Assembly (NCBI GenBank): GCA_050613775.1
Contig: JBODTK010000100.1
Location: forward strand, 310,001-374,000
DNA: 64,000 nt
From: Neocallimastix sp. 'constans'
Lineage: Eukaryota
Reading direction: 5' to 3'
The notes under the pieces were generated by a model. The model was not told where the DNA came from. It saw only the letters and a program-made list of their open reading frames with translations, and searched no databases. Within the stretch, counting starts at the first letter, position 1. Every line of letters starts with the position of its first letter. Positions 48,802-64,000 of the stretch are shown here, piece after piece. The translations under genes were made by a program, and so were the position numbers.

Positions 48802-51800
48802 TTTTTTTTTTTTTTTTTTAAAAATTTATCGTTACTACTTTTTAGTGATTTTATATTTTATAATTATATATTTATTGTTTTGAAATCTTAATTTTAATTC
48901 TATAATATAAATATATATTGAATTTTTTTTTTATTTTCTATTTATTTATACTAATTATTTTTATATTATTGAAATGAAAATAAAATATTCTATAATAAAA
49001 TGTAATAATTCTTTTTAAATAATTGTGTAATTCTATTTTTATTTTATTTTATAAATATTTTATTTTTCTTCTCTTTCTCTTTTTTTATTTATATTTTTTA
49101 TAATTTTTAATCTTCAAAGTCTGTATATTCTCTATTTTTTTTTTTTATATTTTAAATATCTTTTTTGCAAAATAAAAAAAATTTTGTTTGTTTTTATTTT
49201 ACAAATAACTCTATAAATAATACTTTAAGATATTTTTTCTTAATAATAAAAAAAAAATTACTTCTTAGATTTAATAAATTATAAAATTTTCTATTAATAT
49301 TTATCTTAAATTATAAAATTTGAAATTATGAAAAAGAAGACGATAATTTCTTTCCTTTTATATTGTAAAAAAAAATAATATTTAAATATATAAATAGTGA
49401 TAATATGAAAAACAAAATATTATTTAACAATAAATAATAATAATAATAAATAAATAACCGAGTAATATATTAATAATGAAAATATGAATGATAATTAAAG
49501 AAAATTTTATATAATTCTTTTTTATAATAAACTATATTTCATTAGAATTTATTTAACATATGAATAAAATAATTTTTATTTTCCATAATATTGATTATTT
49601 TATTACAACTTTTTATTGCTTAACTCTATAAAAAATATATATATATATATTTATATTTTATTGAAGTTTTAATTCCATTGTTTAAGCTGTAAATAATTTT
49701 ATTTATTTATATTAAAAAAAGCAACTGTAATCTATTATTCATTATATATAAAAAAAATTATATTTATATTTATATGACAATAAATAAAATAATATAATGT
49801 TATATATATTATTTATATTATTTTAATATATTATTTATATATTATTTATTTATATTAATTGAAAGATATAAAATAGTATATTTACATTGTACTGTTATAT
49901 ATATAGAATATTTGATAAATTTATTTAATATATATTAGTTTACACTTAATATAAATTAGAATATATTATTTAATTTAAAATAAATAAAATAAATTAATTT
50001 TTATTGCAATAAATATGAAAATATTAAAAAAAAAAAACATAATTGAAAATTAAAATTATATAAATTAAATAATTATTAAAATATATAATAAAAATAGTTA
50101 AAAAATGAGATTAGAATAAAATATATAATAAAAATATTAAATATAAATATTTAATATTTAAAATATTTTAGCAATAAATATTAAAATAATATTTCAATAA
50201 TAATAATAGTATCTATAAAAATTTTAATTATTAAATAATATTATTATCAATAATAAATTTTAATTTTCTCATAATATCAAAATAAAATAATTTTTTAAAT
50301 ATTATTTTTATCACAAATGAAAAAGAATAAACAATACAAAATTATTATTTTAATAATTAAATTTAATATGTTAAAGTAAAAATATTATTTAATAATTTTA
50401 TGTTAAGAATTATCTATTACTAATTTTTTTTTTTTTTTTAATTTACTAAAAATGATAAAATCATGATTATAATGAATTATTTTATGTTATACGGTTTAAT
50501 AATCTTATTACATTTTATCATAAAAAGAAACATTTTTATCCTTATATAATATATCATTTTAATTGTTAATAGTTTCTATTTTAAAAAATTACTTGGTAAA
50601 ATTATAATTTAGTCGTATTAACACTTAATTTACAATTTAAACATATTAAATATAAAATGTGTCAAAATCAAAAAAAAAAAAAAAAAGAAAAAAAATAATT
50701 AATAAATAATATAATGTATATTAATTTAGTAATGAAATAAAATAATGAATATTTATTCAATTTGTATTATATTATTATATTATAATATATATATATAATA
50801 AATATTTATTCAACATTTTAAAACAGGAATTGTTATACAATAAAAATCTCTATTATTCCATATAAATTAAATATTCTCTATTTGATTTTTTTTAGTTACT
50901 ATAAACGTTAAACATTAAAGCATGTCCTAACCAATAACATTAATAATAATTAATAGAACTGAATTCTAAAGAATAATATTAGTTTACATACTATGTTTTG
51001 TAAATTATACTTCAAGATACTAAAAAAAAAAACTCTTGCCATATTAATTTTTTTTATAAATTTTAATCATTGTTATTTTAATTTATTTATTGTTTATTCC
51101 TAGTCTAAAAAAAAAAAAAAAAAAAAAATTTATTTATTTATTTATTTATTTTTTAATTAAAAACTATATTAATTAAAATTTTAATATAAAAATTAAAAAT
51201 AAATATAATAATTTTAAATAAATAAATGAAATAAATAAATAAAGAAATAAAGAAAAAATAAATAAATGCTTAATTTAAAAAATTAGAGAAAAAATAATAT
51301 TATATTTTAAATATTAATATAGGAAGGTTACACGTAGAATTAATAACAATATAATAATATATTATTATCTTAGAATTTATTGGAATGAGGTAAATTATTT
51401 ATTCTAATGAATAAATTATTTTAATTATTTTATTATTATTTTTTTTATTTCATTGAATCAATTAAAATAATTAAAAAAAAAGTTAAAGGAATAGCTATGA
51501 ATAGTTATTTTATTTTTATAACTAAAGTATTATTATAACTTTTTAACTTTTATTAAAAAATACTTCATTCATATTAGTTTATGAACATGAGATATAACAT
51601 AAATAAATATTTATTTATTTATTACATTGTTAATCTATTTTTATTATATTAACAATATATTCATTATTTTAATAATTCATTTTTATATTATGATTATAAA
51701 TGTTTTAAAATAAAATAGTATTTATTTAAAGATTGAATAATATTTAATTCTATTAAACAGAAAGCTTTTCCTTTTTTTTTTTTTTCTTAATAAAAATAAA

Positions 51801-53371
51801 ATATATTATAATAAAAATAATAAATTAATTTTTCAAAAATATTAAAAAAATCATATTAATTAATAAATGATATATTTATTCTAATTTAAATTTCATTTTA
51901 AAGTAATAATATTTTTTTTCTACAATTTAGCCATTGATATGAAATAATAAAGAATATTCTATTATATCATTATTTTTATAAATCTATAATATTAATACTT
52001 TAATAATTTAAAGTATTTATAATGACATACCACCAATTATTATATATTAAGTTAAACTATTTATAATTTTAAATAAAAATTATTAATTATGTATACAATA
52101 CAAATTCATTTTTTTTTTTATAAAGAATTTAATAAAGTAAATAATAAATAAATAAGAATAATAAATAAATATGAATAATAAAATAAATATGAATAATAAA
52201 ATAAAAAAATAAATAATGTAAATAATATATATATATTATATAAAGTTAAAAGATTTAATTATAGATTAATAACTTTTTTACTATTGACAAATTTTATAAA
52301 AATAAATAAATAAATAAATAAATTACTATTGACAAATTTTATAAAAATAAATAAATAAATAAATAAATTACTATTGACAAATTTTATAGAAAAAAAAAAT
52401 AAATATTATTATATTATATATATATCATTAATCTGTATATATATATTATTAATCTATAATTATATCTTTTTATTTTACTTCATATAACTTTTTTCAATTG
52501 ACAAATTTTTTATTAATTATTAATTTTTAAAATTAAACTTTTTATAATTAAACTTTATATAGTTAGTATTAGTAAATAAATAAAAAAAAATTATAAAAAA
52601 ACAAAATTGAATATATTTATATTATTAAATTTATTAATCACTTTTTGATACTAGTTATATAATTTTTTTTTAAAAAAAAAAACGTTTGAAAGAGTTTTTT
52701 TTACTGTTGGGAAAAAGTAAATTTTCATTAAATTAAAAATTTAATTTTAATAAATTTTTTTTCATTTATTTAAAAGTTTTTAGTTAAAAGAAGTTATTTA
52801 TTTATTATTTTTCTCAATAAAAAAAATAAAAAATATATATAATTTTAACATGAATAAAAAAATTATTTTTTATTTTTTATTTTTTTATTCTTGTTAAAAT
52901 TATATTAAGAAAAGAATAAAAAATTTACTAGTGACAAATTGAAATATTTTAATAATTCTTAATTTTTCTTATTGAAATTATTTATTAATCATTATATAAA
53001 TTTATATAGATAGTATTAATAATGAGTATTAATAAATAATTAATAAATTTAATAATAAAAAATAAAATAAGTACTTTTTTTTTATTATAAAAAAATTTTT
53101 TTTAAAACGTTTAAAATGATTTTTTTCACCGTTGGGGAAAAGTAAATTTTGGTTAAATTAAAAATTTAATTTTAATTAAACTTTTTTCATATATTTAAAA
53201 GTTCTTTTGTTAAAAAGAAATTTTTTATTTATTCTTATTTTCAATTTTTATTTTTATTTTTATTTTTTTTTTTATTTTTTTTTTTGCTATAATTATATAA
53301 AGTTAAGGAAAAAAAGAAAAAATATATATTACAGACAATAATTTTTATCTTAATTTTTATTTATAAATAAA

Positions 53372-53405
<34 letters not shown>

Positions 53406-54150
53406 TTTTTTAGACTTTCCCTTGTAAGAGAGTCGACTCCGAAATAGTATGTCATTCTAATACACACCCGCTATAAAGTTTGTCTGATATTAGTTGTCTG
53501 TTGTGGTTGGGATAATATGATCAGACTCAGTGATATTACAGAACCACAAAAATAAATTTTATTATAAATAATAAATTTTCATAAAACTTTATTTTTAATT
53601 AAAATTTATTTATTAATTATTATTAATATTAAAATAACTAAAAAATGTTATATATAATTTATTAATTTATTAATTTAGAGTTAATGTTAAAATGTTACAC
53701 AATATCTAAACGTTTCGTTTATAGAGAAAAAAAATTTAAAGAAAAGAGTAAATAGTTTTAATAAAAAACTTTTTTTTGAAGGTTTTGAAGTATTAAGTAT
53801 TAATTTCTTTCACCAAATTAATTTTAATAGTTTATAATAAAATAATTAAAATATATATATATATATATTTTTTTATATTTTAAAGATGTACAAAAAATTT
53901 TTTTAAAATTTTAATCAATATATACAAATTAATCTAATTAATCTTATATAAAATTTTAAATTAAAGTTTTAAAATTAATTATATATTAAAAATAATCCAC
54001 TTATATCCATTTTAATTTATTAAAAATTATTTATTTAATTTTTATTATTATTATTATTATTATTATTAATATTTTAATTAATATTATTTTGAATATTAAA
54101 TAAGGAAAAAAAAAGGTAAAAAGAATAAAGAATATAATAAAAACAGAAAC

Positions 54151-54233
54151 TTAGTATTATTTTTAAAAGTATTTTTGTGGTATTTTATTTTATTAATACA
54201 ATACCACAAAAATACTTTTAAAAATAATACTAA
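54151..54233. repeat. Perfect 34-bp inverted repeat with 15-bp spacer
   Basis: ttagtattatttttaaaagtatttttgtggtatt (54151-54184) and aataccacaaaaatacttttaaaaataatactaa (54200-54233). Confidence 0.92.
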
Positions 54234-54239
54234 TAATTA

Positions 54240-55080
54240 TTAAATTATGGTAATAATTGCTAATATATAAATAAGCAAAAAAATAGTTATATTATTTACA
54301 AATAAAAGATATGAATTATTTAAATATTTGAAATAAAAACAATCTAATATTATTTACAAATAAAAGATATGAATTATTTAAATATTTGAAATAAAAACAA
54401 TCTAAAATATTAATAATTCCTTTATATTTATTAAATAATTTTTAAACAAAAATTGAAATTATCTTTTATATAATAAAATTAATAAAATTACATAATAAAA
54501 ATCTTTTATATAATAAAATTAATAAAATTACATAATAAAAATCATAAATCGAAATAACTAAAAATAGTAATTACTAATAAAATATATTTATTTATTATGT
54601 TATATATAATTATTCTTTATATTATAATTATGGTAATAATTGCTAATATATAGATAAGCAAAAAAAAAAAAGTTATATTATTTACAAATAAAAATTCAAA
54701 AAAAAAAAAAAGAAAAAATAGAAATACTATATTATTTACAAATAAAAATTCAAAAAAAAAAAAGAAAAAATAGAAATACTAAATAGTAATTACTAATAAA
54801 ATATATTTATTTATTATGTTATATATAATTATTCTTTATATTATAATTATGGTAATAATTGCTAATATATAGATAAGCAAAAAAAAAAAAAAGTTATATT
54901 ATTTACAAATAAAAATTCAAAAAAAAAAAAAAAGAAAAAATAGAAATAAAAGATATGAATTATTTAAATATTTGAAATAAAAACAATCTAAAATATTTAT
55001 AATTCCTTTATATTTATTAAATAATTTTTAAACAAAAATTGAAATTATCTTTTATATAATAAAATTAATAAAATTACCAT
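54240..55080. repeat. Nested AT-rich tandem duplications
   Basis: aattatggtaataattgctaatatata occurs three times, aaagatatgaattatttaaatatttgaaataaaaacaatctaa three times. Confidence 0.8.
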
Positions 55081-55753
55081 AATTGTAAATTAAACTTTTA
55101 AGTAATTTATTATATTAATATATTTAAATTTTTGTGGGCAAATTTTATGGGCACAAAATTAATTTTATATTCATAAAAAAAGTTGTAATTATTATTAATA
55201 TTGTTATTATAAATATTATTATTATTATTAATATAAATATTATTATAATTATTATAAATTTATTATTATTATTATTATAAATATAATTATTATAATTATT
55301 ATTATAAATATTATTATTATTATTGTTATTATAAATATAATTATTATAATTATTATAATTATTATTATTATTATAAATATATTTATAAAAATAGGTTATT
55401 ATTGTTATTATAAATATTATAATTATTATAATAAATTTATTACTATTATTATTATTATAAATATAATTATTATAATTATAAATATTATTATAATTATTAT
55501 AATTATTATAATTATTATCATTGTTATTATAAATAATAATATTATTATTATATTTTACCATTTTTAATACTATTAGATTTATAAATATATAAAATGATTA
55601 TATAGAATCTCAAGGATTAATAAATGTTTAAATCAGTATTCATATTTATATATCTTAAATTTAATGCATCTAATTAATGTTTTTACGTTTTTATATATTC
55701 ATATGTTTATCTAAACTAGGAATTTTGATATAATTTAATAGTATATCAGGAAA

Positions 55754-55784
<31 letters not shown>

Positions 55785-55980
55785 TTTTAATTTATTGTTT
55801 CAATAAAATATAAATACTCATTTAATACCATTTTGAAAAAATTATTTATTTATATTTTTTATATTCTATTTTTATTTTTATTAAAGCATTAAAAAAATAA
55901 TAATTAAAATTTTATTGATTTTAAAATTTTAATTATTATTTTTTTACATTGATGTTAATATTATTTTTAACTTTTTTAAT

Positions 55981-56012
<32 letters not shown>

Positions 56013-57759
56013 TTATTATTATTATTATTAATAGTAGTAGTAGTAGGATTAATATTCATTATTATTAATAGTAGTAGCAGTAGGATTAATATTTATTATT
56101 ATTATTAATAGTAGTAGCAGTAGGATTAATATTTATTATTATTATTAATTGTAGTAGCTGTCTTTTTGTATATATATTTATATACAAATTTGTAATAATC
56201 CTGAAATAAATATAATATAATAATTAGAAAGAATAATATTTATCTAATAAATAATGTAAAGTTTATAACTATTTAAAATTAATTAATACTACATAGTTAA
56301 TTTTAACTTTTTAATGTTTAAATATTTGTGAAAGTAAATATTTATTGTTGAAATGGAAATAATTTAAAAGAAATCTTTTATTAAAAATCTTTCTCATTAC
56401 ATCTAAAAATTATTATATTTAATTTGTATATTATACAAATTTAGTAATAAAATAAAAATAAATAAAAAAATACTAGTACAAAAAAAAAGTATATATATAT
56501 ATATATATTTTGTAATTATTTATCTTTCGAATTATAATTATTGATAACTCTTGTCAATTACTAAAAATTTATAGAAGTTACTTATTAAAGTTTTATTGCA
56601 ATAATGATATAGATTGGTAAGTATATAGGAATGTCTTTAACTAAATAAAAAATATCTAATATTTTAAATTAATAGTAACTATTTAATGCTATACTTTATG
56701 TGATATAATTTAATATTTATTATATATGTATAATATTATTCATTTTCATAATTATTTAAAAAAGCATAAAAGTGAAAAATATCATCAAAAGAGGAAAAAA
56801 TAATCATATAACTTTGAACAATAAACCTATTCAGTTATATAAAATAACTAGTATCTGAATCTTCAATATATTGTTCATTAAGATCATCTGTCATATAGAA
56901 TAAAAATCCAACATAATACTTTTTTTATTTTTTTTTTTTTTTTTTATAGAAAATAAAGATTATATAATTAAATCTCTTGAAATTATATATTGATTTTGAT
57001 TTACTAGTATATAATAATTATACATAAATCAAATTCTGAAACAATTATATTAAAACTATAGAAAATATATAAACTACTAAAAATTAGAAAATATATAAAC
57101 TACTAAAAATCATACAATTTAAATAAATGATATTATAATAAGTCAAAACTGTATAAGTTTTCAGTTATATAAATATTATCTTTATTTTATTTAATTTATT
57201 TAATTTAATATATTTTCAGTTTTTGTATATATTAATTTTATCAAATAAAATAAATTTTTATAACAAATTGAAAAATATAACAATCCTTTATTGATTTATT
57301 ATTAAATATTAACATACAAAAATACAACATTATTAAAAACTCTTAACCTACCTAGATAATAATAACTATCTGAGTTATTGACTATATATTACAATCTTAA
57401 CATCTTGTTTTAAATTAATTACTTCTCTTTTGACTTTGGCTCCTATTCATAGAGACATTAAAACTTGCCAAAGTTCATGTTAAGTAACTTAACAAATTTT
57501 ATATATAATATTGAAAAAAACTTAAAACTGGTATAATTATATATAAGTAATTACTTTAAATGGTCATAAGATTCATGATTTTTAATTTATCATTCCATAC
57601 AATAAAAATCATAATAGGGTAAATAATAAAAGTATAAATAAACTTAAATTGACATCTTTAAGACTTTAAACTTCTTTATATATTTAAATCTATTGTTATT
57701 TCTAATATTATATTGTTAAATTTTTATTTTTTTTTCTCTTATTTTAATATAATTTAATT

Positions 57760-58480
57760 TATTATTTTTATTTTATTTTATTTTATTTTATTTTATTTTA
57801 TTTTATTTTATTTTATTTTATTTTATTTTATTTTATTTTATTTTATTTTATTTTATTTTATTTTATTTTATTTTATTTTATTTTATTTTATTTTATTTAA
57901 TTTTATTTTATTTTATTTTATTTTATTTTATTCAATCTGTACTTTATACTTATATTCTACTATTTATTTTATTTTATTTTATTTTATTTTATTTTATTTT
58001 ATTTTATTTTATTTTATTTTATTCAATCCGTACTTTATATTTATATTTCAACTATTTATTTTATTTTATTTTATTTTATTCAATTTGTACTTTATATTTA
58101 TATTTCAACTATTTATTTTATTTTATTTTATTTTATTCAATTTGTACTTTATATTTATATTTCAACTATTTATTTTATTTTATTTTATTTTATTTTATTC
58201 AATTTGTACTTTATATTTATATTTCAACTATTTATTTTATTTTATTTTATTTTATTTAATTCGTACTTTATATTTATATTTCAACTATTTATTTTGTTTT
58301 ATTTTATTTTATTCAATTTGTACTTTATATTTATATTTCAACTATTTATTTTATTTTATTTTATTTTATTCAATTTGTACTTTATATTTATATTTCAACT
58401 ATTTATTTTATTTTATTTTATTTTATTCAATTTGTACTTTATATTTATATTTCAACTATTTATTTTATTTTATTTTATTT
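57760..58480. repeat. (TTTTA)n tract followed by a ~57-62 bp minisatellite (about 9 units)
   Basis: Unit ttcaatttgtactttatatttatatttcaactatttatt(ttatt)n. Confidence 0.9.
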
Positions 58481-59329
58481 CATTTTTTTTATATTATTTC
58501 ATTTTTTTTATATCATTTTATTTTATTTCATTTTTTTTATATTATTTCATTTTATTTTATTTTATTTCATTTTTTTTATATTATTTCATTTAATTTCATT
58601 TTATTTTATTTCATTTTTTTATATTATTTCATTTTATTTTTTTTATATTATTTCATTTTATTTCATTTTATTTTATTTCATTTTTTTTATATTATTTCAT
58701 TCTATTTCATTATATTTTATTCAATCTGTAATTTTTATTTAATATTCAACTATTTATTTCATTTCTATTTTTTTTTTATTTTTTTATTTTTTATTTTTCT
58801 ATTTTTTTTTTTTTTTATTTTAGATATTAAAGATAATTTTATAATGTTAATAATAATGAAGATAATGCTTATAACATTCACAAAAAAAAAGTAATATTTT
58901 TGAATTAAATATAATAAATTTAATTATTATTATATCTCTATAAATGATATGTATATATGAACAAGTCCCTCTTCCTTTTCTTTAAAGAACTTTTTGATTA
59001 TTTTAATTTCTTATATTATTAATAATAGACTTTTTATTTTAGAGTTTAATATTAACATAAAATAATGAATAGTATTTTAATGACTTAATTGATATATTTA
59101 TTATATTTATTAATATAGATATAATTTAGTATTTTTTATATTAATAAATATATCAATAAATTTGAGGATCGTACAATAAAAACCATATTATTAATATTAT
59201 ATTTTTTTTTTCATTTTATTATATTTTTTTTAATATATTAAAAAAAATACTTTCTAGTTAAAAAATATATATTATTAAAAATTTATTTTATATTAGTTTA
59301 ATTATATAACCATATAAATCTATACTAAA

Positions 59330-60236
59330 ATGACTTCAATAGATGATTTTGAATTACCTAAAGCTTGCATCATGAGAGTTATTAAAGCAGCTGTAAATAA
59401 TATTACTTTTGAGCATAATAAAATTTAAATATATTCTAATAAATATATTTTTATAATGATTTTTTTTCTCTTATAAAGAAGAAAAATAAAATTATTGAAA
59501 ACTAAAATTAAATAAAATTTCTACATTTTATTAAAAATAAATAATAATAGTGAAAATCAAAGATTAAAAACAAAAGAAAAAGAGAGAAAAATAATGTATA
59601 GTTTATTTATTTATATTTAGGGAAAATAATTAGAAATAATAATATATTAATTAAAAAGAAAAATATCATTTATAGAGTATAATGCAAATAATTAAATGAT
59701 TTGAATATTATTATTAATTAAAGGAAACTAATTAGAATTTTTAATTATATATATATATATATATTAGAAATGAATATTAATTTTTTTTTTTTATTATGTT
59801 ATTTTTTTAAAAAAAATTATATAAAATTTTCATTAATTATATTAGCTTCCAGATAATGCTTTAGTTAATAAAGAAGCAAAAATTGTTATGACAAAAAGTG
59901 CTACAGTATTTATTAATTATTTAACTGCAACTGCAAATGAATTTACTAGATCTACAAATAAAAAAATTTTATCAGCAAGTGATATTTTTTCAGCTCTTGA
60001 AACATTAGAATTTGACGAATTTTCAGATAGATTAAGAGATTCCTTAGAAGGTTTGTTTAAAATTTCTTTTTCACACTCTCTCTTTATATATATATATATA
60101 AGAAAATGGAAATAGATTATTATTACCATTATTAATATTTTATTAAATTTACCAAATTTATATCTATTATAATTTTTTAAATCTTTATAAATAAAAAATA
60201 AATAAAAACATATTTTATAATGATATATGAATATTT

Positions 60237-60272
<36 letters not shown>

Positions 60273-60281
60273 ACTTAATAA

Positions 60282-60312
<31 letters not shown>

Positions 60313-60930
60313 TTACTTAATAATATATATTATATAATATGTATTATATATTTTTGTTACTTACATAAAACATTTATTGTATGTATTTTATAATTTATTA
60401 TTTAATTAATAAAAGAATATAGAAAAATTCAAAAGCAAAAATCAAAGCGTAATCAACAAAATAAAAAAGATCTTGAAGATGAAAATAAGAACTCTAGCAG
60501 CAAAGGAAAAGATGAAGATAATGAAGATGATATCGATGAAAATAATGATGAAGAAGATGATTTAGCTATTGATTCAGATAATGATAATGATACTAGTATA
60601 GAGGATGATGATGTTGATGAAGAGGATAACAAAAATGAAAGTACTGAAGAAAATGAAGATAAAGAAAATGAAAATGATACTACCAAAGAAATTTCTATGA
60701 ATGAGAATGCAAAAGATAAAAAATCTAAAATATTAAACAAAAATTCTAAATCGATTTCGGAATCAGATGGTGAGCCATTATCAGATGCTGATTCAAACTC
60801 AAATCTAGCATCAGGGTACGAATCAAATATTAATTCTGATAATTCTTCAGTATTAAAATCAAATAAAAAGAGAAAGGCTGGTGATATGAGTTTTGACGGT
60901 TCATCGAAAAGAAGAAACATTGAACATTAA
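59330..60930 (+). CDS. DPB4: Histone-fold protein, DNA polymerase epsilon subunit 3 / CHRAC17 (Dpb4/POLE3), 3 exons, acidic tail
   Basis: MTSIDDFELPKACIMRVIKAA|LPDNALVNKEAKIVMTKSATVFINYLTATANE..KKILSASDIFSALETLEF..|EYRK.. Confidence 0.85.
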
Positions 60931-61872
60931 AATAAAAAAAAAAAATTTAAATTTATTGCTATTATTATAGCTATTTCTTATTTACTATGTTTTCTTATAA
61001 TATATATATTTTATTTTTAAACAATATATATATATATATTATTTATAAAATTCAATTAATAATAAATATTGTATTATCTTTCATCTTATAAAATTATTTT
61101 ATTTTATATAAAACCTCAAATAAAGATTATAAAAAAATGAATAAATTTATATATAATTCTGTTTTTATTATTATTATTTTTTTTTATAATTGAATTTTTT
61201 TTTTTTTTTAAATATTTAATTATTTATTATTTATTTTAGTATTTTTTTTTTTTTTTGTTCGATTGTTCATATATGTATATATATTTTTGATGGATATTTT
61301 TTATTTTTATATTAATATATTAATAATTATTTTTTTAATTATTTACTATATATATTTATTTATTTAAATATATAATTCTATGTATTTAAAATGCAATAAT
61401 TAGTGTTTATTAATTAAAACATTGCGCAGTCATATTAAAAAAGAAATAAATCAATAAAAATTACTCAATTGAAAATAAAGCATATATATATATATATATA
61501 TATATAAGTTGAAATAGAAATTTATATAATAAACAAAAATTACAATGATTATACTAAGTAATCATAATAAAAATAAAATAAAAAAAAAAAAATTTAAAGT
61601 TTTGATTATTATTTACGTTTTCAAAAAACCTTAAATACTTTTATTTTTTATTAAACAAATAATAATTATTTATATATACTTTATTATTATTATTATTTTT
61701 TTTTTTGTATGACAATAAACATAAATCATTAATATTAAAAAAAAAAAAAAAAAAAAAAAAGAAACAATTAAATTCATTATAAGAAGATATAATTGAAATA
61801 TCAAATATATAATATTTTAAACAATCAAATATATATTTTTATAAAACAATAATAAAATTATATATATACAAT

Positions 61873-63098
61873 ATGGGAAAATTTAGTGATTTCTTAATCG
61901 CCTTAGGATTTATGAAAAAAAAGGTCAATATACTATGTGTAGGATTAGATAATTCTGGAAAAACAACTATTATTAATTCTCTGAATCCAACTAAGGTAAA
62001 TCATTTCATAAATTAAATAAAAAGAAAAGGAATATAAAAAATAATACTATATATAATATTTTTCAAACTTATTTAACATTTAATAATTTCATTTTATTTT
62101 TTAATTTTCACTTTATATATATCTAGGTTGATAATAAGACTATTGTTCCAACTATTGGGTTCTCGATTGAAACTTTTTCTAAATCAAAGTTAAACTTAAC
62201 TGTTATTGATATGTCTGGACAGGGACGCTATCGTGATCTGTGGGAACATTATTACGCTGACGTTGACGCTGTAATATTCGTAGTAGATTCTTCAGATAAA
62301 ATTAGAACATGTGTAGCAAAAGATGAATTGGAACAAATGCTTAATCATAAAGGTAAATATATTTATTCTATGTATACTATTTTATATGAAGTAAAATATA
62401 TATATATAAAGCAACATACGAATTATTTTATTTTATTTATTTAAAATAATTAATATTTTTATCTATACTATAAATTATATATATATATATATCTTATAAA
62501 TACTACTACCATTTTCATCACTATTACTTCTACTATTACTAACAATGATAATAAAAAATTAAAGATTTAAAGAAAAGAAAAATCCCAATACTTTTTTTTG
62601 CAAATAAAAACGATATTGAAGATGGTATGACAGTTGCAGATTGTTCAAATGCCTTAGGCTTAAATAATGTGAAAACAAAAAATTGGTATATTTGGTAAAT
62701 AACTTTCAATATATATTATGTATATTTTTAGACAAATTGCTTTTAAAAATCATAAATATTATATGTGATAATATATCTTAATAACATTATATTTTAATAA
62801 GCTATTAACCATATATTTAATTTATTTATTAAATATAAAAATATCAAAATAAAATATAAATAAAAAAAATATAAGTTCTTGTAATGGTCTAACTGGGGAT
62901 GGTATATCAACAGGATTTAATTGGCTAATTGGTAAGTATTTATAAAAAATAATACATATATATATAGTTATAGCAAACTTATTTTAAAGTAAAAGTTTAA
63001 TAATGAATATTATATTAATCTTTTTTATTTATTTATTTATTTATTTATTTTTATTTTTAACATTAAAATAAAATAAAATAATTAAAGAACAACTATAA
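61873..63098 (+). CDS. ARL6: ADP-ribosylation factor-like GTPase 6 (BBS3), 5 exons
   Basis: [45 protein letters not shown] (ARL6 signature), [22 protein letters not shown]. Confidence 0.93.
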
Positions 63099-64000
63099 TA
63101 ATTGTATTATGAAACATTCTAGAGAAAGAAAAATATTATACTTCCTTTACAATAAGAAAATTTATTATTAAATAATATTTTTAAATAATAATTATATTTT
63201 AATTGTTATTCTTATAATCTTATTATGACTATATAAAAAAAATGCTTTATACCATTAATATTTATAATTTTGGCATTAAAATGTATAATTAAAAAATTTC
63301 TTTATTGTATTATCCCTTTAATAATTTATAAATAATTTATATACCATCCCTATAAACATTTATTTATTTAATAATATTTAAAATTAAAATTTATAATAAT
63401 TAAATATTAATAAAAATACATAAATAAATAAAATTTAATATAAAATAAAATAAAAACCAACTTTTTTATTAAAAATAATTTATAAATATATGATTATGAT
63501 TCCAATAGTAATAATAATTATGATACATATTAATTAGTTTAATACTATTTAATCCTTCAAAATAAATTGGTTTGATTAATTATATATATTTATTTACTTA
63601 TTTATTTATTTATTTATAATATTTTTGATGTACATTATATAATTTGATAATGTATATATATTTATATATATACATATACATTAATTCTCCATTTCTTTTA
63701 TTTATTTATTTTATACTTTTTTATAAATAAAAATTATTTATATATATATATATATTTTTTATTTTCTAAAACTTCTATATAAGGTAATATAATTAATATA
63801 TTTTTTTCTTATGAATATTAAAAAAATTAATTATAAATATTATTAATTAATTTAATATACATAAAACTTTTTTTTTTTTTTTTTTTTTTATATTTATTTT
63901 TATTTAAAAAATTTATTTATAAATAATATAAATATAATATAGTTTGGATATTGACAATTATTATTAAAAATATAATAATATTTTTTTTAATCAGATTTTA

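Noticed and set aside
57435..57483. PIHRDIKT, resembling a kinase catalytic loop
   Set aside because: No downstream Asn or DFG, a stop follows within a few codons, and no other kinase motifs are present.
58085..58894. FYFIL-repeat ORFs (also 2334..2675, 45839..46282, 55145..55561); CRISPR-like appearance of the repeat array
   Set aside because: Translations of AT-rich mini- and microsatellites. There are no unique spacers and the context is eukaryotic.

Overview
Extremely AT-rich, intron-containing eukaryotic DNA. Base composition, (TAA)n/poly-A tracts, short GT-AG introns and flagellar genes point to an anaerobic gut fungus (Neocallimastigomycota; inference). Genes assembled by hand across introns: 3' end of a Ser/Thr-rich gene, UBC6-type E2, PAB1, TTC25/ODAD4, a phage/bacterial Dam-type adenine methyltransferase-like gene, two tandem MET2 paralogs, a Cdc42-like small GTPase, an ANKRD13-like gene, DPB4/POLE3 and ARL6/BBS3. 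Also present: two U24/snR24 C/D snoRNA copies, two Ty1/copia remnants, three copies of a tRNA-headed SINE-like element, and a decayed intronless RNA-polymerase largest-subunit fragment. Most notable: (1) the spliced Dam-like gene has HPPC in place of catalytic NPPY; (2) the RNAP pseudogene is probably viral or otherwise foreign; (3) the Cdc42 homolog is intact and CAAX-bearing but has lost the G1 Thr and the DxxG motif; (4) one MET2 paralog has an upstream exon that splices in frame and resembles a hydrogenosomal presequence; (5) the SINE head is a 66-nt cloverleaf ending in CCA. All exon boundaries and family calls are by eye, with no database searches.
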